Origin: Squalus acanthias
Taxonomy: Eukaryota
DNA: 64,000 nucleotides
Assembly: GCA_030390025.1 (NCBI GenBank)
Contig: CM059432.1
Location: 67,024,001 to 67,088,000 of the forward strand
Direction of reading: 5' to 3'
Under the pieces are notes generated by a model, which was given only the letters and a program-made list of their open reading frames with translations, was not told the DNA's origin and made no database searches. Each line of letters starts with the position of its first letter. Within the stretch, counting starts at the first letter, position 1. Of the stretch, positions 46,366 to 58,699 are shown piece by piece. The translations under genes and the position numbers were made by a program.

Positions 46366-48262
46366 TGAAGGGGTCTTAAGTCAGTATTTTGGAGTCAGAT
46401 TGATTTGACACGGATTTAAAGAAATTAGTTTGCAGTGATGCAAAAGTTTAACTACTGCAATTCGAGATATTTCCACAAAAGCAAGACCGTTCTTACAACC
46501 AACTTCCTGCCATTAACATTTTTGCACTGCAGCATAAAAAAAGTATAGCACTGAATAAATGCTGATGGATTTAAAGCACAAGTGTATAATCACCATCAAT
46601 GATCTAATAAACAAAGTTATTTGCAAGTTTTCTTTTGCCATGCATAAAAATTGAAATTAGAAAATAAATCATGTTTAATTGTTAGAAAACACAGGGCTGA
46701 TACAAAAGGACTGCAATTTCCAAAGAGCTCCCCAGTGGAAGGCTGGTTTGTGACTGATTGAGCTATTAGTTCAGATTATATTTATTCCTCAAATTTTGGA
46801 AGTGATGAACAGGGGATTCTTTATTTTCTGTGTTTTGTAGCACAACTAATCTAATTTCACAGGAACTGAATGGGGTCTTGTCAGATCCATCCTTAGTCCT
46901 ATACACACAAGGGATTTAAACCTTATTAAACTAGAATTTACTTCAGAGAAAGTAGAGAAACAGATCAAAACTAGATAATAAATTACATGGGGATGTAACT
47001 GATTTTTTGTTTAAGTTTAAAGCACTTCTGAACCATCGAAACAGCAACGGTTTCTTCTGGCAGAAGAATTGATAGGGTGATTCCAACTACCATAATTATT
47101 GATTTCAAATAAAGGCATCATATTTAGAAATATTGAGGGTCTATAATTTCAAAACATAACTTCAGTTGGGATATTTGCTCTTTGCTGTACAGGGAGTAAT
47201 ATGACAGGTGATTGTTAATTCTGTTTGCTGGTCAGATGCAACACTTCAGGCTGATTCCTAATGATATGCTTTACAGAAATATCCCATCAATATACTTTAA
47301 AAATATCTTTTTAAAAATAAGTCAGAATGCCAGAAGGCATGCAGTAACTCTTGGCACTGTAATTTGTAAAGTTATTTTGATCTAAGGAGACTGGCCTAAC
47401 CTCAATTATGTCAGAAGATGCAAGGAAATTCATGAAATGTTCTGTATCTTGTTTTTTGATGAACACTATATTTACACTACAAAAATAGACAATGAAATGT
47501 CAATATCAGTAAAGAGAATATCAATCCCCTAACAAAGCAAAACTCATTCTGCTTAAATAAATTATGATACAATTAGATTGTCTTAAAAATAAAACTTACA
47601 TGTCACTAAAGCTAAAACTAGGCAAGGACTTCAAAAATGAATACCTCATCCTGTGACAAATCCTGAGATTTTTAGGCATTCACTGATTATAGCATGATTC
47701 TCTGTCCATCTCCCCTCCTCCAAGGAGCATGTTTTTCTAAAAAGAATTCCCCAAAAGATGTGAAAATTCTGTTTTTTTGGTTCCCGTTTCTTTTGAGGCA
47801 GCTCTAATTATCCATCAGTGCATACCAAATTTCAGTGTTTCTCTCAATTTACTTCGGTGATCTGTATGCACAGTTTGGCCAATGAACCGTTATCATGCCA
47901 GGTTTTAATCTTCTCTGTCATAATTATGCAATTTTGTACAACTGAACTATCTGACTATTCCTCTTGGGCTGGCCTTTCTTCAAACTGCCTCAAATTGAAT
48001 TAATATTTGAGTGGCACTTAAGAGTTACTAACCTTTCAGGTGCATGATTTTCTTTTCCTCAAACTTAACCTTATTGTGGTACTACAATAGAAAAAAATCC
48101 TCACAGATGGATGTACAATACAGTTATGCTCAGTTCCACAATTCCCTGGACCATTTTGTGATAAAATAAAAGTCCTCTCCAGCTCATCTTAATTCACATT
48201 GTTGGGAGTGATATTCATGCTGTTGGAGTGATGATCTGGCGTAAGCCCAGAAAGAACACAAG

Positions 48263-49640
48263 GGGCTATAAATTGGTTAGTCCCTGAAAATGGGCGCGGG
48301 GATTGCAATTAAGCCATGCCCGTTGAGTGGAATGCAGGCAGCACGCCAACTTCGTATCGCTTGCTAACTATAATGGTTTGTGTGTGCAGCCAATGAACAC
48401 CGCAGGAAGCGTTCCACTTCCCAAACTGTTCATTGACTGCACACATCAGCAGGGGGCCCAATATCGTTCGTAACTTGCACGTCTTAAAGCTAGCCTGCAC
48501 TTCTTAAAGTGGAGGTGCATTGAGGCTGCAGCAGGTGCTGGGAGTGCTTCTGCAAATGAATCTGACCTGGGAAAAAAGAATGGCTGACCATGGGAGAGAG
48601 CGGGCCCCCAGGTTTTTGGACACTGCACTGGAGGTCTTGGTGGAGGTGGTGAGGAGTGATGACCTGTATCCACAGGGGGGCAGGAGGCCCTCCAGTCATA
48701 CGATGAGAAGGCAGTGGGAGCAGATAGCCGTGGAGGTTAATGCAACGAGTATAGCCCTAAGGTTTGTTTTGTTTGGGATTGATATTCTCTTTACTGATAT
48801 TGGCATTTCATTGTCTATTTTTGTAGTGTAAATATAGTGTTGATCAAAAAACAAGATACAGAACATTTCATGAATTTTCTTGCATCTTCTGACATAATTG
48901 AGGTTAGGCCAGTCTCCTTCGATCAAAATAACTTTACAAATTACAGTGCCAAGAGTTACTGCATGCCTTCTGGCATTCTGACTTTTTTTTAAAAAAAAGA
49001 TGGCGCATGAACCTGCTGTCTTCTTTTAGAATGGCACCATTTATGCGCGCACCCCTCCCACTCCGCCAGTGCCCTTGCAGTTGCCTGCCAGTTTATTTTA
49101 GTATGCAATATGGCATGATTTAATTTATAAATTTGCATTGGAATGTGTATTTTGTTTTGGCTTTTATTTTTGCATTGTGGCCAAGAGGACGATGTGATGG
49201 TCAGCGACAGAGGGAAGGTAAGGCGTATGGGACTGTTGGTGAAAGGGGGTTGGGGTTCAGGTTACTGGTATTGTTGTTGAATTAGTTGTTCACGTACAGC
49301 CCGGGCAGAAAGGGGCTTTTTAGGTTGCAGCCTCCCTTCCTGTTCTGCGCTGCCTCTTCCTCGTGGTCCTGGTTCTCAGCTTCCTGCACGATAGGTGGTG
49401 GCAAGTGCTGTTCCCTCATGATGGCTAGTTTGTGCAGCATAGAGAGCCTCGGTGATCTCCTTTATGGAGCAGTACATTGCAAGCTGCAAGATGTTGCTAA
49501 TATCTCCAGGAAGGAGCCAGATGCATAGAAGTTCATAGCCACAGTCACCTTCACAGCCACTGGCAATGCAGTCCTTGCCCCACTCTGAGGTTGTAGTTGT
49601 AGTTGAAGCAGTTGGCAGGCTTCAGTGATGACCTCCTTAG
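48263..49640. mobile_element. Rearranged Harbinger remnant: left end, Myb exon 1, captured host DNA, transposase fragments
   Basis: TIR-like GGGGCTATAAATTGG; MADHGRERAPRFLDTALEVLVEVV..WEQIAVEVNA on +; EVITEACQLLQ..TALPVAVKVTVAMNFYASGSF on -. Truncated by a CR1 tail at about 49640. Confidence 0.85.
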
Positions 49641-50970
49641 AATCAAAGAAATTTACAGCACAGAAGGAAGCCGTTTGGCCCATAGTGTCTGTGCCGGCCC
49701 AAAAAGTGCTATCCAGCCTAATCCCACTTTCCAGCTCTTGGTCCGTAGCCCTGTAGGTTATGGCACTTTAAGCGTACATCCAAGTACTTTTAAAATGCGA
49801 TGAGGGTTTCTGCCTCTACCACCCTTTCAGACAGCGAGTTCCAGACCCCTACCATCTTCTGGGTGAAAAAAAGGTCTCAACTCCTCTAATCCTTCTACCA
49901 ATTACATTAACCTCTCTGCTAAGGGAAATAGGTCCTTCCTATCCACTCTATCTAGGCCCCTCATAATTTTATACACTTCAATTTTTCAATAACCAGGGTT
50001 TTCTTTTTATCTAAAATCTCCACCATCCCTTGATCCTCCACAATTCGACTACCTCCTTCATCCCAGAGTGGTCGTACCCATTCTGAACTATTCTTTTACT
50101 TTTTAAAGATCTTATATAAAAGCTATTAATATTTCCTTTTATATTATTTTCTAGCCTTTTTTCCCAATTGCCTTTATCCCTTTTCACCTCTCTAGGTACA
50201 CTTTATTTCCTCCTGATTATCTTTAGTATGGTATAGATAATTTTATCAGAAGCCTTCCTTTTAAGTTTTTTAAATTTTAATTTCCATTTATCCTCAGCAT
50301 TCCATTCTTTGATGCACCCATTTTTCACCTTATAAAGGTACTTATTTTGTGCTCTATGCATCTCATATTTGAAGAGTGCCCAGTTCATTTGAGCTGTATT
50401 TCTTATCCCACTGCTTTTTCTAGGCCAGTACCCTCATCTTTGACTCTTTCTATTGTTTTGTTCTTGAATTGATCACAACCAACTTGTGGTTGCTATTTTT
50501 CCTACTCTTTGGTTATTTGCTCCATATAATTTCCAGAACTAAATCAAGCAATGTTTCTTTCCTTGTTGGACTATTGGTCCAGGAAGCAATCCTACCCCGC
50601 TCCACTACTTTGATCACATGCATTTCCCTCCAGTCTATATTAGGATAGTTAAAATCATCCAATATACTTGTCTTGTTGTTCTTGTATATCACTCTGAAAC
50701 GTCTTCAGATCTCCCCCTCTGCCTCATCTCCACTATTTGGCTTGTAATGCACACCAAGGATTATACCATTTCCATTTATTCACACTATCCATATGGATTC
50801 TGTCTTAAGGTAACTCCCTTGGATATCCTTAAATAAAACAGCATAAATAGAATCTTCAATAACTCTGCCATTCCATCCACTTTTTTTCCTCTCACTTCTA
50901 AAAATTTATAAACAAGAACATGAAGTGCTCAGTCCTGTCCAATCCCAAGACAATTCTCCATTATAGCTAC
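49640..50970 (-). mobile_element. CR1 3' fragment (49640-49985) plus older degenerate CR1 endonuclease-region remnant
   Basis: Reverse match to the CR1 3' end at 20300-20660; further up, remnants resembling GDFNY and LDLVLG. Confidence 0.7.
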
Positions 50971-51953
50971 ATCATATCCCTACACAAATTTGTTTTGAAT
51001 GTTTTGTACATTCACATAGGTACCGCTCCAATTTTTTGCAACGTTGACCTTTGTTCTTTTTCCTGGTTTTCTCATTAGATTTTTTGATATCCTTTGCCTC
51101 TTCTAAAACAGCATTTTAATCTCTCTCAAAGCCTCTTTCTTTCTCTTCTGATATTTTCTGCTTGTCAACAGCTTTATTAATTATACTCTCCCTACCACCG
51201 CCATATTTGGTTCAGGCAAAATATCCCATCAGCTACGATTTCTCAATTCGCTAAAACTTCTTTCTTTAAATATTGCACCTTTGTCAGTCACCAAAATAAA
51301 AAAATGTAACTTTTTAAATTCAGCGTGTGAAGGGGTGGGTGGATTTAAACAATCCACTCATGAATTGTTGGGGCTTAAGCCATGACAAACATAGATGACT
51401 TACCTGCTCTCATCTTCTGCTCAGTGACTACTTCAGCAAATTATTCAAATAAGCTATGAGTGTTAGGGAAAGATCCCAGTACTCACCCACTCAATGCCAG
51501 TTGAATGCATAATTAGGAAATGCTGTCAAACTTGTTAAAAATGAAAGACTTCAGTGTCTAAGTCACAGAGAATCTTGCAGTATGGCTCCCAACATTACTT
51601 TAGTTCTAGATATTTATCTGATCTGCTTACTATTCATATTCAAGGAATCTACAATATAAACACTAATCAATATGAATTGCTGAAAAAAAATAAACGATTA
51701 CATCATGTGATGACAAGTAATTAGTGTTGCTGGTGACGTGAACACAACTGAAGTGCACTTAAATAGCAAGCATTCTATGCACATATACAGAAGTAAGGAT
51801 GACCACACAACCTCTGTACAACGCCAATACGTTAAAAGAGCACATTAGCCCATAATTTGCCGTGAGTAAGAACAGTGAAAAACAGCGTTCGCTGTTATTA
51901 CCCCTTTGAAACTGACCGTAACTTCAGGATTCTTCAAAAATGTGCTTGCTCAC

Positions 51954-52081
51954 CTGGTTTAAGATCCAATGCTCCCAATGACTCTGAATGCAGGAAGTAA
52001 AGGGTTGGGCCAACAGTAAATAGAACGTAGTTATCATGACGTTCATCCAAGATAATAAGCACTAGATCTCCAACTTGGAAA
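51954..52081 (-). CDS. RB1CC1: RB1CC1/FIP200 internal coding exon (third from last; Claw domain)
   Basis: Minus strand: ttttacag|T TTC CAA GTT ... CTT AAA CCA G|gtgag. The 128 nt translate to FQVGDLVLIILDERHDNYVLFTVGPTLYFLHSESLGALDLKP, which I recognise as the vertebrate RB1CC1 C-terminus. Canonical AG/GT sites; phase fits the next exon. Confidence 0.97.
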
Positions 52082-52487
52082 CTGTAAAAGAAACCAATAC
52101 AATATCAATGGTAAATTTGAATATCACTAAACTCTTATTCAAATTCTACACTGGTTACATATCAGTAAACCCATTAAAAAAAGTCCTTGCTACAGAAGAG
52201 GAATACAAGAGTTCAAAGCTTAATTTAAGTTCTATATATTGGTTTTGCTCTCCTTAATGATACTATAAGTAAGGACATTGTCAGTGGAATATTCAATCCC
52301 ACTTACACGGCAGTTCCTTGACATTTTGAATTTCAATAGGCCAAACTGCAGTAGCACTACTTTCAGTTGTAAATTACATAATTTGATCCATCACCTCCCT
52401 TATTCTAAACTAGAGTGGACAACTCCTCACTTGAGGGATAAGCAACAACTGAATCACTGCAGGAAAACAGATAAATGCTACAATAAT

Positions 52488-53222
52488 GGGCCAGAAATTC
52501 GGCTCTCCGGCTTCCCGCGGGTACTTACATACCGCGCCTGCCGTTGTGCTTCGGGCCCGCGTGGAATTCGGCTCCTGGGCCTCCTGCAGCTGCCGGCGCG
52601 CAGTGCTTGCGTATCCCAGGGGCACAGTTAGTTCGAAGCGTCCCCAGGGATCACGTGGGCCATGGAGAGCCAATAGGAGCAGGGAATCTCCATTCATAGA
52701 TTTGACAGGTCTTCCTATCAAAATCTATGAATAGAGATCGGCCCCAAAACCTCACTAAAACTTCAAATAAATAAAAAAACATCACATTTTTAAAATAACT
52801 ATAAATTACATAAATTAACTACTTTAAACAAAAATTAAAATTTTTGAAAAAATTAATTACACTTTTTAACGGTGCTAAAAATAAACTTACCTTTCTTTAA
52901 AGTATCTAAAAAAGATAAACCTGTTGAAAAAATGTTTAAATTGTACTTAATTCACCACTTACCTTGTTAAAAGCAGGCCTTGCGCCTCCTTTTTTCCCCG
53001 CGCAGCTTCTCCGTACTTACCCGCACGGAGAAACCTGAAAAAAAAACCGAAGTTCGCTGCGTGCGCGCTGCCTCTCCGGCACATGCATTCGACCTCTGAA
53101 CCCCTTCCTTCAAGGGAATGGAAGTTCTGGTTTCCAGCGCATGCGCGAAACTGCCACTTTCGTTGGGTCTACGGGTGAGTACCCAGCGCGTACTCACCCG
53201 TGGAGACCCAAATTTCTGGCCC
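52488..53222. mobile_element. Harbinger/Tourist-type MITE
   Basis: 21-bp TIRs GGGCCAGAAATTCGGCTCTCC / GGAGACCCAAATTTCTGGCCC with TSD AAT; CpG-rich arms and AT-rich centre. Confidence 0.92.
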
Positions 53223-53587
53223 AATGTTGTAGAGAATGGTATGCTATTGAAGCAGAGAAGACCAAGTCAATAACACTTGCTCAAGAAAGACTGACCTTGA
53301 TGAAGGCCACTGGTTTATGTTTTCACAGATAGACATATGGCCGGGAGGTGAGTGGAGCGCTAAATTAGGCGCTGCACACCTCTCTTAAGGCGCAAAGGCC
53401 AAGGAGTGAGGCGCTACCTCAGCGCACGAGCGCAGCGCAGCTGCTGCCAGTTAGCGAGGGAACACAGACACACTGGCGCCGGACACTTCTTAAAGCGGGA
53501 GGGGCCACTTGCTCCCCAGCCACACCCTGCTCATTGCAGCCTTGAATCTCAGCCTGGAGAGACCTGTAATCCATTTTGCTGCCAAGC

Positions 53588-55413
53588 ATGGAGAGGGTGA
53601 GAGAACGCGCTCATCGCTTCACCGAGCGGGCCTTGGATGCTCTGGTTGACGCAGTGGAGCGCAGACGATGCATGCTGTTCCCGGAGAGTGGCAGGAGGCC
53701 TTTGCCACGCGAGTTCAGAAGAGTGTGGAGGGAGGTGGCTCAGAGCGTCTCCTCCAGGAGCATGGTGCCCAGGACCCATGTTCAGTGCCGCAAAAAGTTC
53801 AACGACCTCACTCGGGTCGTCAGGGTGAGTGGCTTTTTCTCAATACCTCTCCATCCCTCCATCTCAACCTCACTCTATGGCCAGAGGGTCTTAAAACCCC
53901 AATGCACAACACTCATGCAACACCTATGGCCCTTTCATCAAATACACACACATTCCACACTTTGCATACAGTAAGGGCTATTCACCTATGGGAGGCACAT
54001 CAGGCAAGACCATGGCTGCATATTGTAAGGGCTATTCACCTATGGGAGGCACATCAGGCAAGACCATGGCTGTATATTTACTCAGATGCTGTCCTTTTTC
54101 TTGCAGGCTAAGCTGGCTCATAATCGGAGACAGCAGCAACGGACGGGTGGAGCGCGGCTTCAGCTGCAACCCCTCAGCGATCTGGAGGAGCGCGTCCACA
54201 GGATTGTGGCAAGCCGGGTGATCGGTCCCGTCGCCACTGGGGACGTCGACCCCGTTGTGGACAGCAATGGTAAGGTCATCACCTTTTTGTCCTCTGTCCT
54301 TCCACTTGTCCCTCACAATACCAGCCTTTGACACTTTCAATCCAACTTGCTAACTCGCTGCACTTATTCCTCCCTTACTGCCACCCTGTCCTCACGCTAA
54401 AGCCACTCTTGTACCTCCCTGCTTTCAGATGGTGATTCACCAGCTGAGGAGACGGGCCCTGAAGCTGCCACTGGGAGTGATGCTGCAGCTGAGGAGGAAG
54501 AGGAAGCCGGAGCATCAGTGCCACCCTCTCCCGAGGAAGCCCATGCCCACACTGGGAACACGCCTTCCCCGGAGGGGAGCAGGGGGGAAGGGGCTGATGA
54601 TGGTGAAGCTCCAGGACCCAGCGGGCTGCAGCAACGCCATGGGGGGGGGGGGGGAGGGAAGAACGGGAGCCTTCTCCCCAGAGGGAGAGTATGCCAGACA
54701 CTCCTACTGCTATGGACGCAGAGGAGGAGCGGCTGATTGCAGAAATGAACAGCCAGGAGGTGGGCATGCACACTGAGCTCATGGGTGCAGTGGGAAGGGT
54801 GCCCGAATGCATTGAGTCACTGGCAAGGAGTGTGGAGCACTTCGCTGTAGCACAGGCGGATGCCACACTGAAGCTTAGTGCTGCAATTCAGTCACTGGCT
54901 GCCAGGAACCCATCTGAGACTGCTCTCATGCAGACTCAGATTGAGGCCACGCGAGCACTGACTGCTGCCATCCTCGATGGTTCGTGCACATGTCCCCGGG
55001 GCTGTCACCGCGCCGCAGCAGGCCAGCAATCTGTTCTCCGGCAAATTGCTCCGGATGCTGAAGTGCTGCCTCGTGGGAGTGCCAGTGTGTCGGGCGAGCA
55101 GGGAGTTGCTGTCCTCTCTCACGATGACAGCATTCCTGCTGCCAACACTGTCACTTCTCCACTGCACTTGCCACCGCCTGTAGGACAGACTGCTGCCGCC
55201 CATGCAGAGTTGGTGCAGTCTGCAGCCGGGCCCTCCAGGCCCAGAAGTGGTCGAGGCCGTCCTTCAGGGGCATCTGCAGTGTCAGGGTCTGACGAGCAGC
55301 AGCCTTCCACCAGCCTTGCTGCAGCCACTGAGGTCCCATTACGGAGGAGCAGTAGGGTTAGAAGGGGGGAAGTGCGCAAGGGAAGGAGATCACCCTCGAA
55401 GGGCAAAAAGTAG
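53588..55413 (+). CDS. Harbinger Myb/SANT-like protein, copy 2; exons 53588-53824, 54107-54269, 54429-55413; frameshifted at G14 tract 54641-54654 as assembled
   Basis: Same exon structure and sequence as copy 1, without the exon 3 duplication. Confidence 0.85.
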
Positions 55414-55707
55414 GAGGTGTGCCAAAATGCTGGTCAATTTTTTATTAAAGGCCGAGGTTCATGGTCCAACTTTTGTTTAGTGTTTTGGACATTATCTCCA
55501 GGTTGTGAGAACCAGTTATGTTATTGACTGTTTTTTTGTGTTTATTTCTATGAGTTTGTCATGAGGAATTGACACACACAGAGTTTGTAAAATAAATAAG
55601 TTTCTGTATTCAAAATATACATGGCTGGTGGTTGGAATTATTGGTGCCTTGGCCGGCTTAGGGGTTGCGTGCTGGGTTGATTAGTGTTTGTAGCAATGGC
55701 AGGGGCC

Positions 55708-56859
55708 CTAGAAGCGGCTTGCTATTAGTCGTTGACGGACGGCCCTTGCAGTTTGACCATTGTGGGCCGCCCTCCCGCCTTGGTGCTGCTGATGATCATC
55801 GTCCTCGTCCTGTTCCTCCTCCTCCTCTGGTGGTGCTACAAGGCCTGGTGGCATTGGCTGGGTCCTGAGGATTGCCATGTTGTGCAACATGCAGCACACG
55901 ACTACGAAGTTCGAAACTTGCTCAGGCGAGTACTGCAGGGCTCCTCCGGAATGGTCCAGACAGCGGAACCGTTGTTTCAGCACGCCGATTGTGCGCTCAA
56001 TAATGTTCCTGGTTGCTTGATGGCTTTCATTGTACCGCAGCTCAGCAGGGGTGTTTGGCGTACGGAGCGGTGTCATCAGCCAGGTGCTCAATGCGTACCC
56101 CTTGTCCCCCAGAAGCCAACCAACTGGCTGATGCGGTGCCTCGAAAAGTTCTGCCACAGTAGTCTGGCGCAGGATGAAAGCATCGTGGCAGCTGCCCGGA
56201 TAGTGGGCATTGACAGCGAGAATCACCTGTCTGTGGTCACAGACCAACTGCACATTCAAGGAATGGAACCCCTTTCTGTTCCTGAATTCCTCTGCATTCT
56301 CTCGCGGAGCACGCAAAGCCACATGCGTGCAGTCAATGGCGCCCTGCACCATGGGGAAGCCCGCTACCCTCGCAAAGCCCATAGCACGGTCATGCTGCTT
56401 GTCTGGGGTCATAGGGAAAGAGATGAAGTCTCGTCTCCTTCTGAAGAGGGCATTGGTGACCTGCCGGATGCAGCGATGCACCGCAAACTGGGAGATATTG
56501 GCGAGGTCCCCAACAGCAGCTTGGAATGAGCCAGTGGCGTAGAAGTTCAAAGCCACTGTGACCTTCACTGCCACCGACAGAGACGTCCTGGACCTCAGCT
56601 GAGGCTGCAGATCTGGCTGCAGCAGGTGGCAGAGCTCAGTGACCACCTCCTTGCTGAATCGCAGCCTTCGCAAACACAGCTCCTCGGACATATGGATGTA
56701 GGAGAGCTGTTCACGATATACCCTGGGAGGGTAAGCTCTCCTGTACATGCGCCTGATGGCCCTCCTCCGTCTGGCCATCATTGCCACTCTCTGTCTGCGT
56801 CTCACTATCCTCCGATTCAGCTGGAGCAGGACGACGCCCCCAATCATTGCAGCCCCCAT
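55708..56859 (-). CDS. Harbinger (HARBI1-like) DDE transposase, 383 aa, open frame
   Basis: GAIDCTH, LLGDKGY, YNESHQATRNIIERTIGVLKQRFRCL and CCMLHN all intact. Confidence 0.96.
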   Translation of the reverse strand: MGAAMIGGVVLLQLNRRIVRRRQRVAMMARRRRAIRRMYRRAYPPRVYREQLSYIHMSEELCLRRLRFSKEVVTELCHLLQPDLQPQLRSRTSLSVAVKVTVALNFYATGSFQAAVGDLANISQFAVHRCIRQVTNALFRRRRDFISFPMTPDKQHDRAMGFARVAGFPMVQGAIDCTHVALRAPRENAEEFRNRKGFHSLNVQLVCDHRQVILAVNAHYPGSCHDAFILRQTTVAELFEAPHQPVGWLLGDKGYALSTWLMTPLRTPNTPAELRYNESHQATRNIIERTIGVLKQRFRCLDHSGGALQYSPEQVSNFVVVCCMLHNMAILRTQPMPPGLVAPPEEEEEQDEDDDHQQHQGGRAAHNGQTARAVRQRLIASRF

Positions 56860-57684
56860 ATTCTCTTTGCCAGAAAAGTAATGAGGTACAGCAACTAAAG
56901 TAGCAACAAAGTTAGGATGAACTAGGCCAAACTACCTCACAAAGCGTTGAGTCAATGTAGAAGTCTCTCTCTCTCTCTCTCTCCGAATCTCTCTCTCTCT
57001 CTCAGAACGAGTGGTGCATAAATGTCGACCACAGAAAAAGACAGGAAGAGGCCCCCTTTAAATAGCGCCCCCCCCAGCCCCACACCGATTGATAACGTTC
57101 CAGTCTTCCGGTCGTTGGAAGCGCCAGGCGGTAAGGCAGGGGGCGCCACTCAATTTCCGCTCCGGGGCGCCCCAAGGGCGTTGCACCATGGAATGACGTC
57201 ACAATCTGCGCGCGCAGGTGGTCGCAGCGGTAAGTTTTAGCGCCGCCGCACAATCTCAAGTTAAGTTCTCGAGCGGCGCAAACAGCGCTGCGCCCGGGCG
57301 TTAGCGGCTTAACGCCCCATTAGCGCCCTCTTAAGGCGCTAACGGGAGGCGCAACCAAGTGAATTTTTACCCCATGGAATTGGATAAAAACTACAAAATC
57401 CCACAAAAACAGAACATGGCCCTCCAATATGTGTTATTTCAGCTTTTGACAAAACTCTGAAAATATTTAAAACAAAACCTCAAAATTAAAATTTTAAAAG
57501 GTTACAATAAAAAAAAAAATACTTGTTTCATTAAGGATTAATTACGTGAATCTTGGTTAATGCAATGAAATTCTGGGGGAAACCTCTGAAACATTTTGAT
57601 CATACACCTTTTAACGTATGACAGTGACCCAAGGCACTTCAGAGGCATAAGGAGTGCAGCGCTTTGCTAAATTTACTCTGTAGT

Positions 57685-57930
57685 GTAATAGGGAATTCAA
57701 GAAAAACTTCTTTACCCAGAGAGTGGTTAGAATGTGGAACTCACTACCACATGGAATAGTTGAGGGGAATAGCATAGATGCATTTAAGAGAAAGCTAGAT
57801 AAACACATGAAGGAGAAAGGAATAGAAGGATATATTGATAGGGTTAGAAGAAGAGGGGTGGGAGGAGGATCGTGTGGAGCATAAACACCGGCATAGACCA
57901 GTTGGGCCGAATGGCCTATTTCTGTGCTGC
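57685..57930 (+). mobile_element. CR1 3' end fragment
   Basis: aacttctttacccagagagtggttagaatgtggaac...gttgggccgaatggcct CR1-type tail. Confidence 0.8.
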
Positions 57931-58223
57931 AGCTAAACCTTGTTGGATCACTTCTTCAAATACCCCTCAACCCAGTTTCCCCATTATGGATAAAACTGCA
58001 GCTGCTTCTGGTGCAGAGGCTGCTACTACAGACAGGTGCTTGATGAAAACCTAGGGCCTGATGTCAGACTGAATAGCAGCAGTGTGTCGGTGCTTACTTA
58101 AGGTTAGTAGAAAATCGGCAAGAACCTTTGGATAATAATTTGATTGACCATTTACTGCAACTACTCTCACGCTAGAAGATGACAGTGGCATGTGAAAGGC
58201 GAGAACAGTGTAGAGTTTAGTCT

Positions 58224-58672
58224 CAGCTGTGGCTCAGTTGGTAGCACACTCGCCTCTGAGTCAGAAGGTTGTGGGTTCAAGTCCCACTCCAGGGGACTTG
58301 AGCACATAAAGCTAGGCTGACACTCCAGTGCAGTGGGAGTGCTGTACTGTCGGAGGTGCCATCTTTCGGATGAGATGTTAAACGGAGGCCCCGTCTGCTC
58401 TCTCAGGTGGATGTAAAAGATCCCATGGCACTATTTCGAAGAAGAGCAGGGGAGTTATCCCCGGTGTCCTGGCCAATATAACACCACTAAAAAATCAGAT
58501 TATCTGGTCATTATCACATTGCTGTTTGTGGGAGTTTGCTGTGTGCAAATTGGCTGCCGCGTTTCCCACATTACAACAGTGACTACACGCCAAAAGTACT
58601 TCATTGGCTATAAAGCGCTTTGAGAAGTTCGGTGGTCATGAAAAGTGCTATATAAATGCAAGTCTTTCTTTC
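58224..58672 (+). mobile_element. Full-length tRNA-derived SINE (SacSINE1/DeuSINE-like)
   Basis: A box TGGCTCAGTTGG and B box GGTTCAAGTCC; central domain GATGAGATGTTAAACGGAGGCCCCGTCTGCTCTCTCAGGTGGATGTAAAAGATCCCATGGCACTATT; tail GCTATATAAATGCAAGTCTTTCTTT. Confidence 0.88.
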
Positions 58673-58699
58673 TTTTCTTTCAGCAGGAGTTCATCGTTG

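Larger units (their letters stand above)
53340..57373. mobile_element. Young PIF/Harbinger transposon, copy 2; about 110 bp of the left end including the TIR is missing
   Basis: Near-identical to 36133-40423; right TIR AATTTTTACCCC intact; ATG on both flanks. Confidence 0.95.

Noticed and set aside
53340..57373. Assembly duplication or segmental duplication of copy 1
   Set aside because: Flanks are unrelated, TSDs differ, and the copies differ in substitutions, VNTR number and an internal duplication, so they are independent insertions.
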